A program made the translations under genes and the position numbers. From Octopus bimaculoides (lineage: Eukaryota): 42,041 nt of DNA. The DNA lies in the NCBI RefSeq assembly GCF_001194135.2, contig NC_068990.1, positions 14,913,977-14,956,017 on the forward strand, read 5' to 3'. Positions 36,951 to 41,983 of this stretch are shown one piece after another (the first letter of the stretch is position 1; each line of letters opens with the position of its first letter). A model generated the notes under the pieces. The model had not been told where the DNA came from. It worked only from the letters and a program-made list of their open reading frames with translations, and made no database searches.

Positions 36951-39900
36951 TAGAGAGAGAGAGAGATTGTATCTGTTACAAAGTAGTACAGTGAATGTGT
37001 CAGTGTGTACTGGGAAAGAGAAGCGAAAAGTATTAAATGAAATAACAAAAACAATGATTGTGATTGAAGTTTGTGTGAAAGAGAATAAAGACTGAAGAGG
37101 TGATGTTGAAAAATTTAAGCATCAATATATTACATAAGAGTTTTCTAAACACTTTAGACTTTAATGCTTTCTTTTGCTAAAAGTTACATAATTCCTACTA
37201 AGTAATACACAGATTCTTTACCCCAGTATAAAATATAGAGCCCATTAAAATCGCTTATAACATAAATTATCATAGGAATATGAGATTTAAAGAATACTTT
37301 AAAAATTGTTTGACTATATGCAGAGGTGATTTGTTATATTTTTGCCTTTCTTCCCAAATTACTTGTATAACTACGTATTTGGGGACTGAAATGATCAAAA
37401 GATTGCTTGATATGATTTCCATTGATAACCATAAATAAATGTCTTTGAAAATCTTTGAAATATGCTATATGACAAGCATTTTGTGAAACAAATTATACGT
37501 TTAATTTAGAAGCAATGATAGTTTTATCTAAAGCTGTTTATATCTGCATTACCTGTCTATCCAGAACAATGAAAATAGAAATTTATAAAAATTCCATATT
37601 ATATTAGTCAAGAATCTTACAGTATTCCTTACATGTGCCTCTCTCATCCATAATATCTTTAGGCTTTTAGTCAGTTCATCTAGTGTCATCTAGCAAGTGG
37701 TTTATTAGTATTTCACTTCTAAGTTTACCATGTACTAAAGAAAGCATGTCATCTAGCAAGTGGTTAATTTAACTTTTTATTAGTGTTTCACTTCTGTTTA
37801 CCATGTACTAAAGAAAGCAGTTGGCTTTAAAAAATTACTCAGGCTTTACTGTTTCAGAGAAAAAAAAATGTCCTGCCAAGAACATCACAGATCCAGAGTA
37901 TTCTGACAACTTGGCAATAGTCAATGATCAAATGAAAGATGCCAATATCTCCCAATATGATGTGGAGAAAAAAGCCAGTAAAATTGTTCCACATAACAAT
38001 GCTACTAAGACAAAATACATATATTAGGAAAGTTTGCATTCTATGAATGGAGAAGAAATGTAAAAAAATAGAGAACTACAAATGTATTGTAAGTCATATT
38101 TCTAAATCCAAGATTGGTACAGATATGAGAATTAGTAAAGCACGGCGAGTACTTAAGTTACATTACATTAAACATAGTGAAAATACTACCAATTACTATT
38201 TTTCTCTCTTTGTTTATCTAAAACTTCCTTATCCCTTATTTTCTTCTGTATCCAGAACAATGAAAAGGATGCTATTGTTAAAATTCCATTTGGAACAACA
38301 TCAGACACAGTGAAAATCCATTTTGTTTCTGATTCACCAAAATGCAAAATGATAGTTACAGTATCTTTCAAAGGTTGTTTTGAATCGAGGTGTAAGTATA
38401 AAGCAAAACTGTAGTCAAAAGTATCATGTCATATATATATGAGAATTATTTACAATATGCTGGTGCCACATTAAAAGCATCCATATTGGTGCAATGTAAA
38501 AAGCAGCCATGCTGGTGCCATGTAAGATGCACCATACCCAAGAAGGGCATCCAGCTGTAGAAAACATGCCAAACCAGACATAGAGTTTGGTGCAGCTTGT
38601 CAGCTCCTGTCAAACCATTCAACCTGTATCAGCATGGAAAATGGATGTTAAATGATGATGATGATGACGACGATGACGACGACGACGACAACAATGACAA
38701 TGACGATTTACTTCTCTGTTGGCTGTTTCAATAATTATTACAAAACAATTTAAACAGAACATTATAGTGAATAATTTAATCATCTGCACCATCATCTTCA
38801 AAGTTTCCTTACGCATTAATAATTTTATGATCATAAGATTTGTTAATATGTTCATAAAAAACTTTATAAATACTTAGTAATAACAAAAACTTTTCATTAA
38901 ATAAATTAACAAATATCATGTATAAAAATATTGCATTTGATTGTGAATTAATATTATAAAGGGAAAATTGAATTTATCTTTGTCTTCTGTTATAAAATTT
39001 ACATACATAAAGAATATATTTTCATAATATAGCGTTCAGTTTGTATTTTAAAATGGAAGCAATTAGTAACACACAATTCTTACAAATTTAGCAAATATTA
39101 AATTGCCAAACATCTATTATAACTTCTGTTTCACCTTTTTTTCACATAGCAACAACACCAGTACCAACAACAATACTTCCTACAACCACACCTCTACAAA
39201 CAAGTAAGTGATGAGATTCATTACTTAAAGTCATTAAAAATATTGAAGATGTATATTTGAATGTTAATTTCTAAAGAATATTTTGTGAAATAATTCATGT
39301 AAATTTGTAAATTCAGTATAATGGATGGCATATGAAATTTTGTTTCCTTTCGTTTTTATCTTAGCCACACCTATTCCAACAACGCCACAACCAACAACAC
39401 AAACTGGTAAGAATATTTCCTAAATTTTGAGATATTCCATGAAGACTCATAAAAATACTTATTTAATTAACTGTTTATTTATTATTTTTTTTTACCTTTT
39501 TGCTGATTACAATTCACTCATGGATACTGTTTTCTAGAATCCTGGTGCATATTCAATGATGGTTTGGAAGATGTCTCATTAATACGAGCTTGGGACATTA
39601 AATTATCAAGCAATGATGAGAATCCAGATGCTATTCGCCCAGGTAGAAAAGGCTGGAGACCAGATGAAGGTGATATGAAGCGCACAGTAACTATGTTTGT
39701 TGGTGATGCTTTAAGATATGGTGCATCTATTCATCTATTACGAGCTGTAGGTGTTGCAAAGTTTGATATAATTCTCAGTGGAGGAGAGAATAATAGATTT
39801 AAGGTGAGTTTCAGTTAGGTAAATTTACTATAACAATATTATCAGATTAAACACTTTTCTGAAATCATCATCATCATCATCGTCATCGTTTAATGTCCAA

Positions 39901-41983
39901 TTTCCATGCTGGCATGGGCTGGACGGTTTGACTGAGGACTGAGGTCTGGCAAGCCAAAAGGCTGCACCAGGCTCCAATCTGATCTGCCAACCGCTCCAAG
40001 AGTGTAGCAGGTGCTTTTTATATGCCACCGGCATGAGGATCAGTCAGCCATGCTCGACTGGTGCTTTTTACGTACCACCAGCTCGGAAGCCAGTCAGGCA
40101 GCACTAGCAACAACTACTCTCAAATGGTGCTTTTTCACATGCCACTGGCATGGGAGCCAGTCAGGTGGCACTGGCAATGACCCCGCTTGAATGGTGCTTT
40201 TTATATACCACCAGCACAGGACCAGTCAGGCTACAACTTAAATGAATATCGAAATACTAGTGGAACCTGTGGAACTTCCATGGAACAAAATAATTAAGAG
40301 GAGCTATTTAAGAAAGAAACGATAATTTGCATTTTTATTGCATATATATATATATTATTGTTGCCTGGAGAAGAAATGTAAAAAAATAGAGAACTACAAA
40401 TGTATTGTAAGTCATATTTCTAAATCCAAGATTGGTACAGTCATAAGAATTAGTAAAGAATGGCGACTACTTAAGTGACATTACATTAAACATAGTGAAA
40501 ATACTACCAATTACTATTTTTTTCTCTTTGTTTATCTAAAACTTCCTTATCTCTAATTTTCTTCTGTATCCAGAATAATGAAAAGGATGCTATTGTTAAA
40601 ATTCCATTTGGAACAACATCAGACACAGTGAAAATCCATTTTGTTTCTGATTCACCAAACTGCAAAATGATAGTTACAGTATCTTTCAAAGGTTGTTTTG
40701 AATCAAGGTGTAAGTATAAAGCAAAACTTTTGCAAAAATTTCCTAGTCATGAATCTCACTTTTTTTTACAAAATTTTCTCATCTGTTGGCTTTTTCAATA
40801 ATTAGAAGAAAACAAATTAAATAGAACATTATAGGGAACAATTTAATCCTTCTACATTATCATCCTCAAAGTTTCATTAAGCATTAATGACTTTATAGTT
40901 ATAAGATTCATTATAAATTTACAAATACATACTAATAACAAAAACTTCAGATTGAATAAATTTTTACAAATGTGATATATAAAAATATTATATTTCATTG
41001 TGAATACATATAAAAGTTGCAATGAATATATTCCTCTTGCTTTTATTATAAAATTTTTATCCTTAAGGAATAGATTATCATAATATTGTTTGTATCTTTA
41101 AAAAGAAACAATTGCTGATAAGCAACTCTCAAATTTTGCTAATATTAACTTTCCAGGTATATAGTTGAGATTATTTTTATAACTCGAATGCTGTTCATAT
41201 GTTTTATTTTTCCATTTGACATAACACTTCTTATGCTAACTTCTAGTTTATCCTTTGTTTGCATAGCAACAACACCACTACCCACAACAATACTTCCAAC
41301 AACCACACCTCTGCCAACAAGTAAGTGAAATTTTTCATTACTTCGTCCACTCATTGTTGTTTTTTCTTGCTTGTTCATGTTTGGACTGACTATATATATA
41401 TACATATATATATATATTAAAGTCAATAAAAATACTTCAAGATATATTACATTTGATGGTATATTGACAAACAGTATTTTATCAAACATTTGATGTAAAT
41501 TTATACACTACATTTGATGGATTGTAATTGAAATTTCGTTTTCTTTCATTTTTATTGTAGCCACACCTGTTCCAACAACAACGCTCCAACCCACAACACA
41601 AACAGGTAAACTATTTCTCATCCTGTGATACATCATTTTTGTTGAAATTTGAAATAATAATTATAAAAATAATGGTATTTTCTTGATTGCATTTTATTTA
41701 TTGATATTGTTTTCTAGAATCTTGGTGTGTATTCAATGATGGTTTGGAAGATGCCTCATTCATAAGGGCTTGGGACATTAAATTGTCAAGCAATGATGAA
41801 AATCCTGATGCTATTCGCCCAGGTAGAAAAGGCTGGAAACCTGATGCAAGTGATAACAAGTGCACAGTAACATTGTTTGTTGGTGATGCTTTAAGATATG
41901 GTGCATCTATTCATTTATTAAGAGCTGTAGGTGTTGCAAAGTTTGATGTTATTCTCAGTGGTGGAGAGAATAAGAGATTTAAG
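579..41983 (+). CDS. Interior of a multi-exon gene: VWD/C8/TIL mucin-, SCO-spondin- or hemocytin-like secreted protein with one LDLa and at least 7 F5/8C-like repeats (partial at both ends)
   Basis: 34 exons with AG/GT boundaries and matching phases; VWD motifs ([17 protein letters not shown]), C8/TIL/E cysteine spacing, LDLa DCQDGSDE, repeated 2-exon beta-sandwich-like domains. No orthology test was possible, so no symbol is given. Confidence 0.93.
1090..1255 (+). mobile_element. Fragment of interspersed repeat family B (tandem ggtgccatgtaaaaagcac units then gtggttggcattaggaagggcatccagc)
   Basis: Shares motifs with the copies at 14740, 21995, 38455 and 39865. Confidence 0.7.
1993..2224 (+). 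CDS. Exon: C8 domain ([12 protein letters not shown]...[21 protein letters not shown]...YLRECALHG...KC)
   Basis: ttctttcag| acceptor, T|gtaagt donor, phase 0-1, C8 cysteine pattern. Confidence 0.93.
2411..2812 (+). mobile_element. 5'-truncated RLE-type (R4/Dong-like) non-LTR retrotransposon 3' end, copy 1
   Basis: Encodes [27 protein letters not shown]...[19 protein letters not shown], like the C-terminus of restriction-like endonuclease ORFs; flanked by (TACA)n. Confidence 0.7.
2948..3362 (+). pseudogene. RLE-type retrotransposon 3' end, copy 2 (premature stop)
   Basis: [30 protein letters not shown]; colinear with copy 1 through the 3' UTR. Confidence 0.7.
3638..3779. mobile_element. Small MITE-like hairpin element
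   Basis: 17-nt terminal inverted repeat (tttaataacagtttgac / gtcaaactattattaaa, 1 mismatch) plus imperfect inner arms. Confidence 0.55.
4044..4293 (+). CDS. Exon: 10-Cys TIL domain and start of E module (FQCPHEK...[27 protein letters not shown]...)
   Basis: ttccag| acceptor, TG|gtaagt donor, phase 1-2. Confidence 0.94.
4477..4720 (+). pseudogene. Penelope-like element GIY-YIG endonuclease fragment, frameshifted
   Basis: [27 protein letters not shown], then in another frame [32 protein letters not shown], matching the Penelope C.C..CPL.G.C..VVY / YIG.T..FK.R..H..SF pattern. Confidence 0.72.
5410..5605 (+). mobile_element. 3' half of SINE family A, degenerate
   Basis: Similarity to 145-365 and to the reverse complement of 6343-6550. 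Confidence 0.7.
5771..5963 (+). CDS. Exon: end of E module and most of TIL' ([15 protein letters not shown]...CPKNQIYY...[13 protein letters not shown])
   Basis: ttataag| acceptor, GAT|gtgagt donor, phase 2-0. Confidence 0.93.
6343..6759 (-). mobile_element. Full-length tRNA-derived SINE family A with internal CA/TA microsatellite
   Basis: Minus strand: A-box-like TGGCTGTGTGGT, B-box-like GGTTCAGTCCC, (gtaaaaga)n tail; multiple copies in the window. Confidence 0.88.
6811..7119 (+). mobile_element. tRNA-derived SINE (head X, body Y) with perfect 14-bp TSD
   Basis: ATATGAAGAAGAGT at 6797-6810 and 7120-7133; A-box TGGCTTAGTGG, B-box-like AGTTCAATTCC. Confidence 0.88.
7353..7444 (+). CDS. Exon: end of TIL' and start of E' ([30 protein letters not shown])
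   Basis: ttgtag| acceptor, TT|gtatgt donor, phase 0-2; resembles VWF [20 protein letters not shown]. Confidence 0.9.
8045..8215 (-). mobile_element. Penelope-type terminal repeat fragment containing a minimal hammerhead motif
   Basis: Minus strand CTGATGGA-GGCTG..CAGCT-GAAAC-GTT at 8125-8168; the Penelope link rests on established PLE-hammerhead association. Confidence 0.6.
8125..8168 (-). ncRNA. Minimal type I hammerhead ribozyme motif (one core substitution)
   Basis: GCAC CUGAUGG A GGCUG GAGGGUAUAU CAGCU GAAAC GUU GUGU: stem I GCAC/GUGU, 5-bp stem II, palindromic AACGUU stem III. Confidence 0.65.
8278..8360 (+). mobile_element. Short tRNA-derived element (SINE head or tRNA pseudogene)
   Basis: A-box TGACGTAGTGGT and B-box GAGTTCAATTCC, between (ATT)n and (AAT)n tracts; no clear acceptor stem. 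Confidence 0.65.
8539..9185. other. Assembly gap
   Basis: Run of N. Confidence 1.
9244..9283. repeat. Inverted telomere-like repeats (TAACCC)3..(TTAGGG)2
   Basis: ttaaccctaaccctaaccctaaccttagggttagggttaa. Confidence 0.9.
9850..9899 (+). CDS. Exon: end of E' ([17 protein letters not shown])
   Basis: tttttacag| acceptor, G|gtatat donor, phase 2-1, joins both neighbours in frame. Confidence 0.85.
10410..10794 (+). mobile_element. tRNA-derived SINE (head Z, body Y) with probable 8-bp TSD
   Basis: A-box TGGCCCAGTGG, B-box GTTTCGATCCC; ACAGTTCA at 10402-10409 and 10795-10802; 3' body shared with 6811-7119. Confidence 0.85.
10928..11269 (+). CDS. Exon: N-terminal part of D3-like VWD ([27 protein letters not shown]...GLTVLWDF)
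   Basis: tttccag| acceptor, G|gtatgt donor, phase 1-1, classic VWD start and LxVxWD motif. Confidence 0.96.
11390..11495 (+). mobile_element. Degenerate head of SINE family A
   Basis: catggctgtatgagtaagaagctt...ggttcaatctcactgc resembles the family A 5' end. Confidence 0.55.
12120..12933. other. Assembly gap predicted to hide the missing VWD exon(s)
   Basis: Run of N; the flanking exons have incompatible phases (1 vs 0) and the VWD C-terminal GLCG segment is absent. Confidence 0.9.
12934..13245 (+). repeat. GC-rich, probably transposon-derived fragment with TATAAAA motif
   Basis: GC and CpG content far above the flanks; TATAAAA near 12996; no gene-like motif. Family not identified. Confidence 0.35.
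13416..14110. repeat. Long inverted repeat: arms 13416-13580 and 13946-14110
   Basis: About 165-nt arms that are reverse complements with scattered mismatches; 365-nt spacer; arm contains B-box-like GGGTTCGAGTCCC. Confidence 0.9.
14540..14679 (+). CDS. Exon: C8 domain, first part ([28 protein letters not shown]...[11 protein letters not shown])
   Basis: tccttag| acceptor, GG|gtgagt donor, phase 0-2. Confidence 0.92.
14740..15095 (+). mobile_element. Longer fragment of repeat family B
   Basis: Homologous in reverse to 22793-23420 and in sense to 21995-22160. Confidence 0.65.
15588..15814 (-). mobile_element. piggyBac-type MITE (TTAA ends), opposite orientation to 29516-29741
   Basis: ttaatcccttaacattcagat...tattaaaaggttaa; interior is the reverse complement of the 29516 copy. 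Confidence 0.75.
15835..15944 (+). CDS. Exon: C8 domain, second part ([36 protein letters not shown])
   Basis: tttccag| acceptor, C|gtaagt donor, phase 2-1, WRT..LCP motif. Confidence 0.94.
16000..16320. repeat. Compound microsatellite (CTAT)n/(CTGT)n/(TACA)n/(TG)n
   Basis: Directly visible. Confidence 0.9.
16320..16515 (+). mobile_element. 3' half of SINE family A
   Basis: ctgcttgacaactg...gtgccccaaaatggctacactccaatgactggaac. Confidence 0.7.
16789..16944 (+). CDS. Exon: TIL domain ([24 protein letters not shown]...[15 protein letters not shown])
   Basis: ttctgcag| acceptor, G|gtaaaa donor, phase 1-1, CVEGCFCP motif. Confidence 0.92.
17521..17617 (+). CDS. Exon: end of TIL and start of E module ([32 protein letters not shown])
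   Basis: aattttag| acceptor, TG|gtaagc donor, phase 1-2. Confidence 0.92.
17930..18135 (-). mobile_element. SINE family C with Meta/MESC-like core
   Basis: Minus strand gaggtcgattttgcctttcatc...gataaattaagtaccagt after a tRNA-like head. Confidence 0.72.
18873..19104 (+). mobile_element. Internally deleted mariner element (TA TSD, about 30-bp TIRs, transposase C-terminal remnant)
   Basis: TA-ttgggttgtctggaaagtttgtgttgatt ... aatcggcacgaactttccggacaatccaa-TA; encodes [30 protein letters not shown], like mariner C-termini. Confidence 0.85.
19269..19432 (+). CDS. Exon: end of E module plus LDL-receptor class A repeat ([55 protein letters not shown])
   Basis: tatttcag| acceptor, G|gttagt donor, phase 2-1; six-Cys LDLa with acidic DxxxDCxDGSDE motif. 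Confidence 0.95.
19487..19945 (+). mobile_element. 5' half of SINE family A joined to a family-B-like 3' segment
   Basis: Head ggcatggttgtgtggttaag...ggaaactgaaagaa, CA/TG tract, then aggaaaggtatcc...cccatgtaggcatggaaaagt. Confidence 0.65.
19965..20145 (-). mobile_element. SINE family C copy
   Basis: ctggtactt...tgaaaggctaagctgacc...atttgaactcagaa, similar to 17930-18135. Confidence 0.65.
21105..21146 (+). CDS. Candidate 42-nt linker micro-exon ([14 protein letters not shown])
   Basis: Long polypyrimidine tract ending ttttag, weak donor G|gtttgt, phase 1-1, open frame; not needed to keep the frame. Confidence 0.6.
21230..21379 (-). mobile_element. SINE family C copy
   Basis: gaaaggatgaaaggcaaagtcaacctc...gctaacgattctgccagctc. 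Confidence 0.72.
21381..21520. repeat. (AAT)n microsatellite
   Basis: Directly visible. Confidence 0.97.
21520..21956 (+). mobile_element. 5'-truncated R4/Dong-like RLE retrotransposon inside (AAT)n, interrupted by the gap at 21591-21836
   Basis: [24 protein letters not shown] resembles the [22 protein letters not shown] motif; (AAT)n on both sides. Confidence 0.68.
21591..21836. other. Assembly gap
   Basis: Run of N. Confidence 1.
21995..22160 (+). mobile_element. Repeat family B 3' end with (GAT)n tail
   Basis: gtggttggcattaggaagggcatccagc...catggaaagcggacgttaaacgatgatg. Confidence 0.78.
22570..22792. mobile_element. piggyBac-type MITE, second family
   Basis: TTAA-cccttttgat ... tgaaaggg-CTAA termini. 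Confidence 0.7.
22793..23420 (-). mobile_element. Long fragment of repeat family B
   Basis: tccatgctggcatgggttggacagtttgac at the left end; homologous to 14740-15095. Confidence 0.65.
23812..24092 (+). CDS. Exon A0: N-terminal part of F5/8C-like domain 0 (EKPVCKF...SAIQASS...[23 protein letters not shown]...KTYK)
   Basis: aatttcag| acceptor, AAG|gtaact donor, phase 1-0; I.ASS, IRP..W, P.I.ID pattern resembles discoidin ITASS..ARL..W..PWLQID. Confidence 0.88.
24412..24444. other. Assembly gap
   Basis: Run of N. Confidence 1.
24769..24971. repeat. Near-perfect fold-back hairpin (MITE-like)
   Basis: Arms 24769-24864 and 24881-24971 are reverse complements; 16-nt loop. Confidence 0.92.
25043..25212 (+). 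mobile_element. SINE family C copy (5'-truncated)
   Basis: gagttcaaattccaccaaggtcggctgcctttcatcctttcagg...taagtaccagt. Confidence 0.72.
25427..25559 (+). CDS. Exon B0: C-terminal part of domain 0 (ANTRQGV...[32 protein letters not shown])
   Basis: ttttag| acceptor, A|gtaagt donor, phase 0-1; ending resembles discoidin ARYIRI.P...IALRLEL.GC. Confidence 0.88.
25655..25790. repeat. (CCA)n/(CAT)n compound trinucleotide tract
   Basis: Directly visible. Confidence 0.85.
26620..26900 (+). mobile_element. Probable Penelope-type terminal repeat with a degenerate hammerhead motif at 26779-26812
   Basis: ttt CCGACGA A GAGC TCC GCTC GAAAC ATC aaa; CpG-rich relative to the flanks. Confidence 0.5.
27571..27624 (+). 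CDS. Thr/Pro linker micro-exon, class L1 ([18 protein letters not shown])
   Basis: tttaatag| acceptor, A|gttagt donor, 54 nt, phase 1-1, homologous to the exons at 39150 and 41267. Confidence 0.8.
28274..28542 (+). CDS. Exon A1 of F5/8C-like repeat 1 (alpha type: SWCIFNDGL...[19 protein letters not shown]...KKYM)
   Basis: ttttgtag| acceptor, ATG|gtgagt donor, 269 nt, phase 1-0. Confidence 0.93.
29516..29741 (+). mobile_element. piggyBac-type MITE with TTAA TSD
   Basis: TTAA-ccctttagcatt ... gaatgtaaaggg-TTAA. Confidence 0.82.
30130..30280 (+). mobile_element. Degenerate head-X SINE fragment
   Basis: gttcttgagcaaaacacttcattttacattg matches the head X of the 6811 and 31404 copies. Confidence 0.55.
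30805..30940 (+). CDS. Exon B1 ([45 protein letters not shown])
   Basis: atccag| acceptor, A|gtaagt donor, 136 nt, phase 0-1. Confidence 0.93.
30958..31337 (-). mobile_element. Full-length SINE family A
   Basis: Colinear with 6343-6759 from tail to head; begins 17 nt after the B1 donor. Confidence 0.87.
31404..31743 (+). mobile_element. tRNA-derived SINE (head X, body W) with degenerate 13-bp TSD
   Basis: A-box TGGCTCAGTGG, B-box GAGTTCGAATCC; agtatattttgta at 31391-31403 vs agcatactttgta at 31744-31756. Confidence 0.85.
32511..32558 (+). CDS. Linker micro-exon, class L2 ([16 protein letters not shown])
   Basis: gattttag| acceptor, G|gtatga donor, 48 nt, phase 1-1. Confidence 0.9.
32672..32940 (+). 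CDS. Exon A2 (alpha type)
   Basis: ttctgtag| acceptor, AAG|gtaagt donor, 269 nt, phase 1-0. Confidence 0.94.
33282..33417 (+). CDS. Exon B2 ([45 protein letters not shown])
   Basis: aatacag| acceptor, T|gtaagt donor, 136 nt, phase 0-1. Confidence 0.93.
33984..34031 (+). CDS. Linker micro-exon, class L2 ([16 protein letters not shown])
   Basis: gattttag| acceptor, G|gtataa donor, 48 nt, near-identical to 32511-32558. Confidence 0.9.
34144..34412 (+). CDS. Exon A3 (alpha type)
   Basis: ttctgtag| acceptor, ATG|gtgagt donor, 269 nt, phase 1-0. Confidence 0.94.
34904..35039 (+). CDS. Exon B3 ([45 protein letters not shown])
   Basis: atccag| acceptor, T|gtaagt donor, 136 nt, phase 0-1. Confidence 0.93.
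36083..36127 (+). CDS. Linker micro-exon, class L2 ([15 protein letters not shown])
   Basis: catttcag| acceptor, G|gtaaac donor, 45 nt, phase 1-1. Confidence 0.9.
36241..36506 (+). CDS. Exon A4 (beta type: [14 protein letters not shown]...[22 protein letters not shown]...NNRLK)
   Basis: ttttctag| acceptor, AAG|gtgagt donor, 266 nt, phase 1-0. Confidence 0.94.
36742..36751. other. Assembly gap
   Basis: Run of N within a (TA)n tract. Confidence 1.
36880..36966. repeat. (GA)n microsatellite
   Basis: Directly visible. Confidence 0.95.
37684..37819. repeat. Local tandem duplication (63-nt and 73-nt units)
   Basis: tgtcatctagcaagtgg...ccatgtactaaagaaagca occurs twice in tandem. Confidence 0.85.
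37850..38027 (+). pseudogene. Possible degenerate LINE reverse-transcriptase fragment
   Basis: [20 protein letters not shown] resembles the RTE-type YPA..ITDADYADDLALL motif. Confidence 0.4.
38256..38391 (+). CDS. Exon B4 ([45 protein letters not shown])
   Basis: tatccag| acceptor, T|gtaagt donor, 136 nt, phase 0-1; missed by the ORF track. Confidence 0.93.
38455..38705 (+). mobile_element. Repeat family B with (GAT/GAC)n tail
   Basis: ggtgccacattaaaagca units, gaagggcatccagctgtagaaa, catggaaaatggatgttaaatgatgatg. Confidence 0.75.
39150..39203 (+). CDS. Linker micro-exon, class L1 ([18 protein letters not shown])
   Basis: ttcacatag| acceptor, A|gtaagt donor, 54 nt, phase 1-1. Confidence 0.9.
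39365..39406 (+). CDS. Linker micro-exon, class L2 ([14 protein letters not shown])
   Basis: atcttag| acceptor, G|gtaaga donor, 42 nt, phase 1-1. Confidence 0.9.
39538..39803 (+). CDS. Exon A5 (beta type)
   Basis: ttttctag| acceptor, AAG|gtgagt donor, 266 nt, phase 1-0. Confidence 0.94.
39865..40230 (-). mobile_element. Repeat family B with internal tandem units of about 60 nt
   Basis: (ATC)n tail, tttccatgctggcatggg, repeated ggtgctttttatatgccacc...agccagtcagg. Confidence 0.78.
40574..40709 (+). CDS. Exon B5 ([45 protein letters not shown])
   Basis: tatccag| acceptor, T|gtaagt donor, 136 nt; 3 differences from B4. Confidence 0.93.
41267..41320 (+). CDS. Linker micro-exon, class L1 ([18 protein letters not shown])
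   Basis: ttgcatag| acceptor, A|gtaagt donor, 54 nt, phase 1-1. Confidence 0.9.
41561..41605 (+). CDS. Linker micro-exon, class L2 ([15 protein letters not shown])
   Basis: tattgtag| acceptor, G|gtaaac donor, 45 nt, phase 1-1. Confidence 0.9.
41718..41983 (+). CDS. Exon A6 (beta type; the gene continues beyond the window)
   Basis: ttttctag| acceptor, AAG|gtgagt donor, 266 nt, phase 1-0. Confidence 0.93.

Noticed and set aside
28233-40689. Minus-strand ORFs repeated at 28233, 32706, 34178, 34768, 38186 and 40504
   Set aside because: Antisense shadows of the duplicated plus-strand exons, whose splice sites and codon-position variation support the plus frame.
23812-41983. Regularly recurring repeats suggestive of a CRISPR-like array
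   Set aside because: The units are spliceosomal exons of 42-281 nt with variable introns in a eukaryotic gene; no short repeat-spacer structure or cas genes.
579-41983. Assigning a gene symbol such as SSPO, MUC2, MUC5AC, VWF or Hml
   Set aside because: The architecture shares parts with each but matches none fully in the visible portion; orthology needs phylogenetic analysis.
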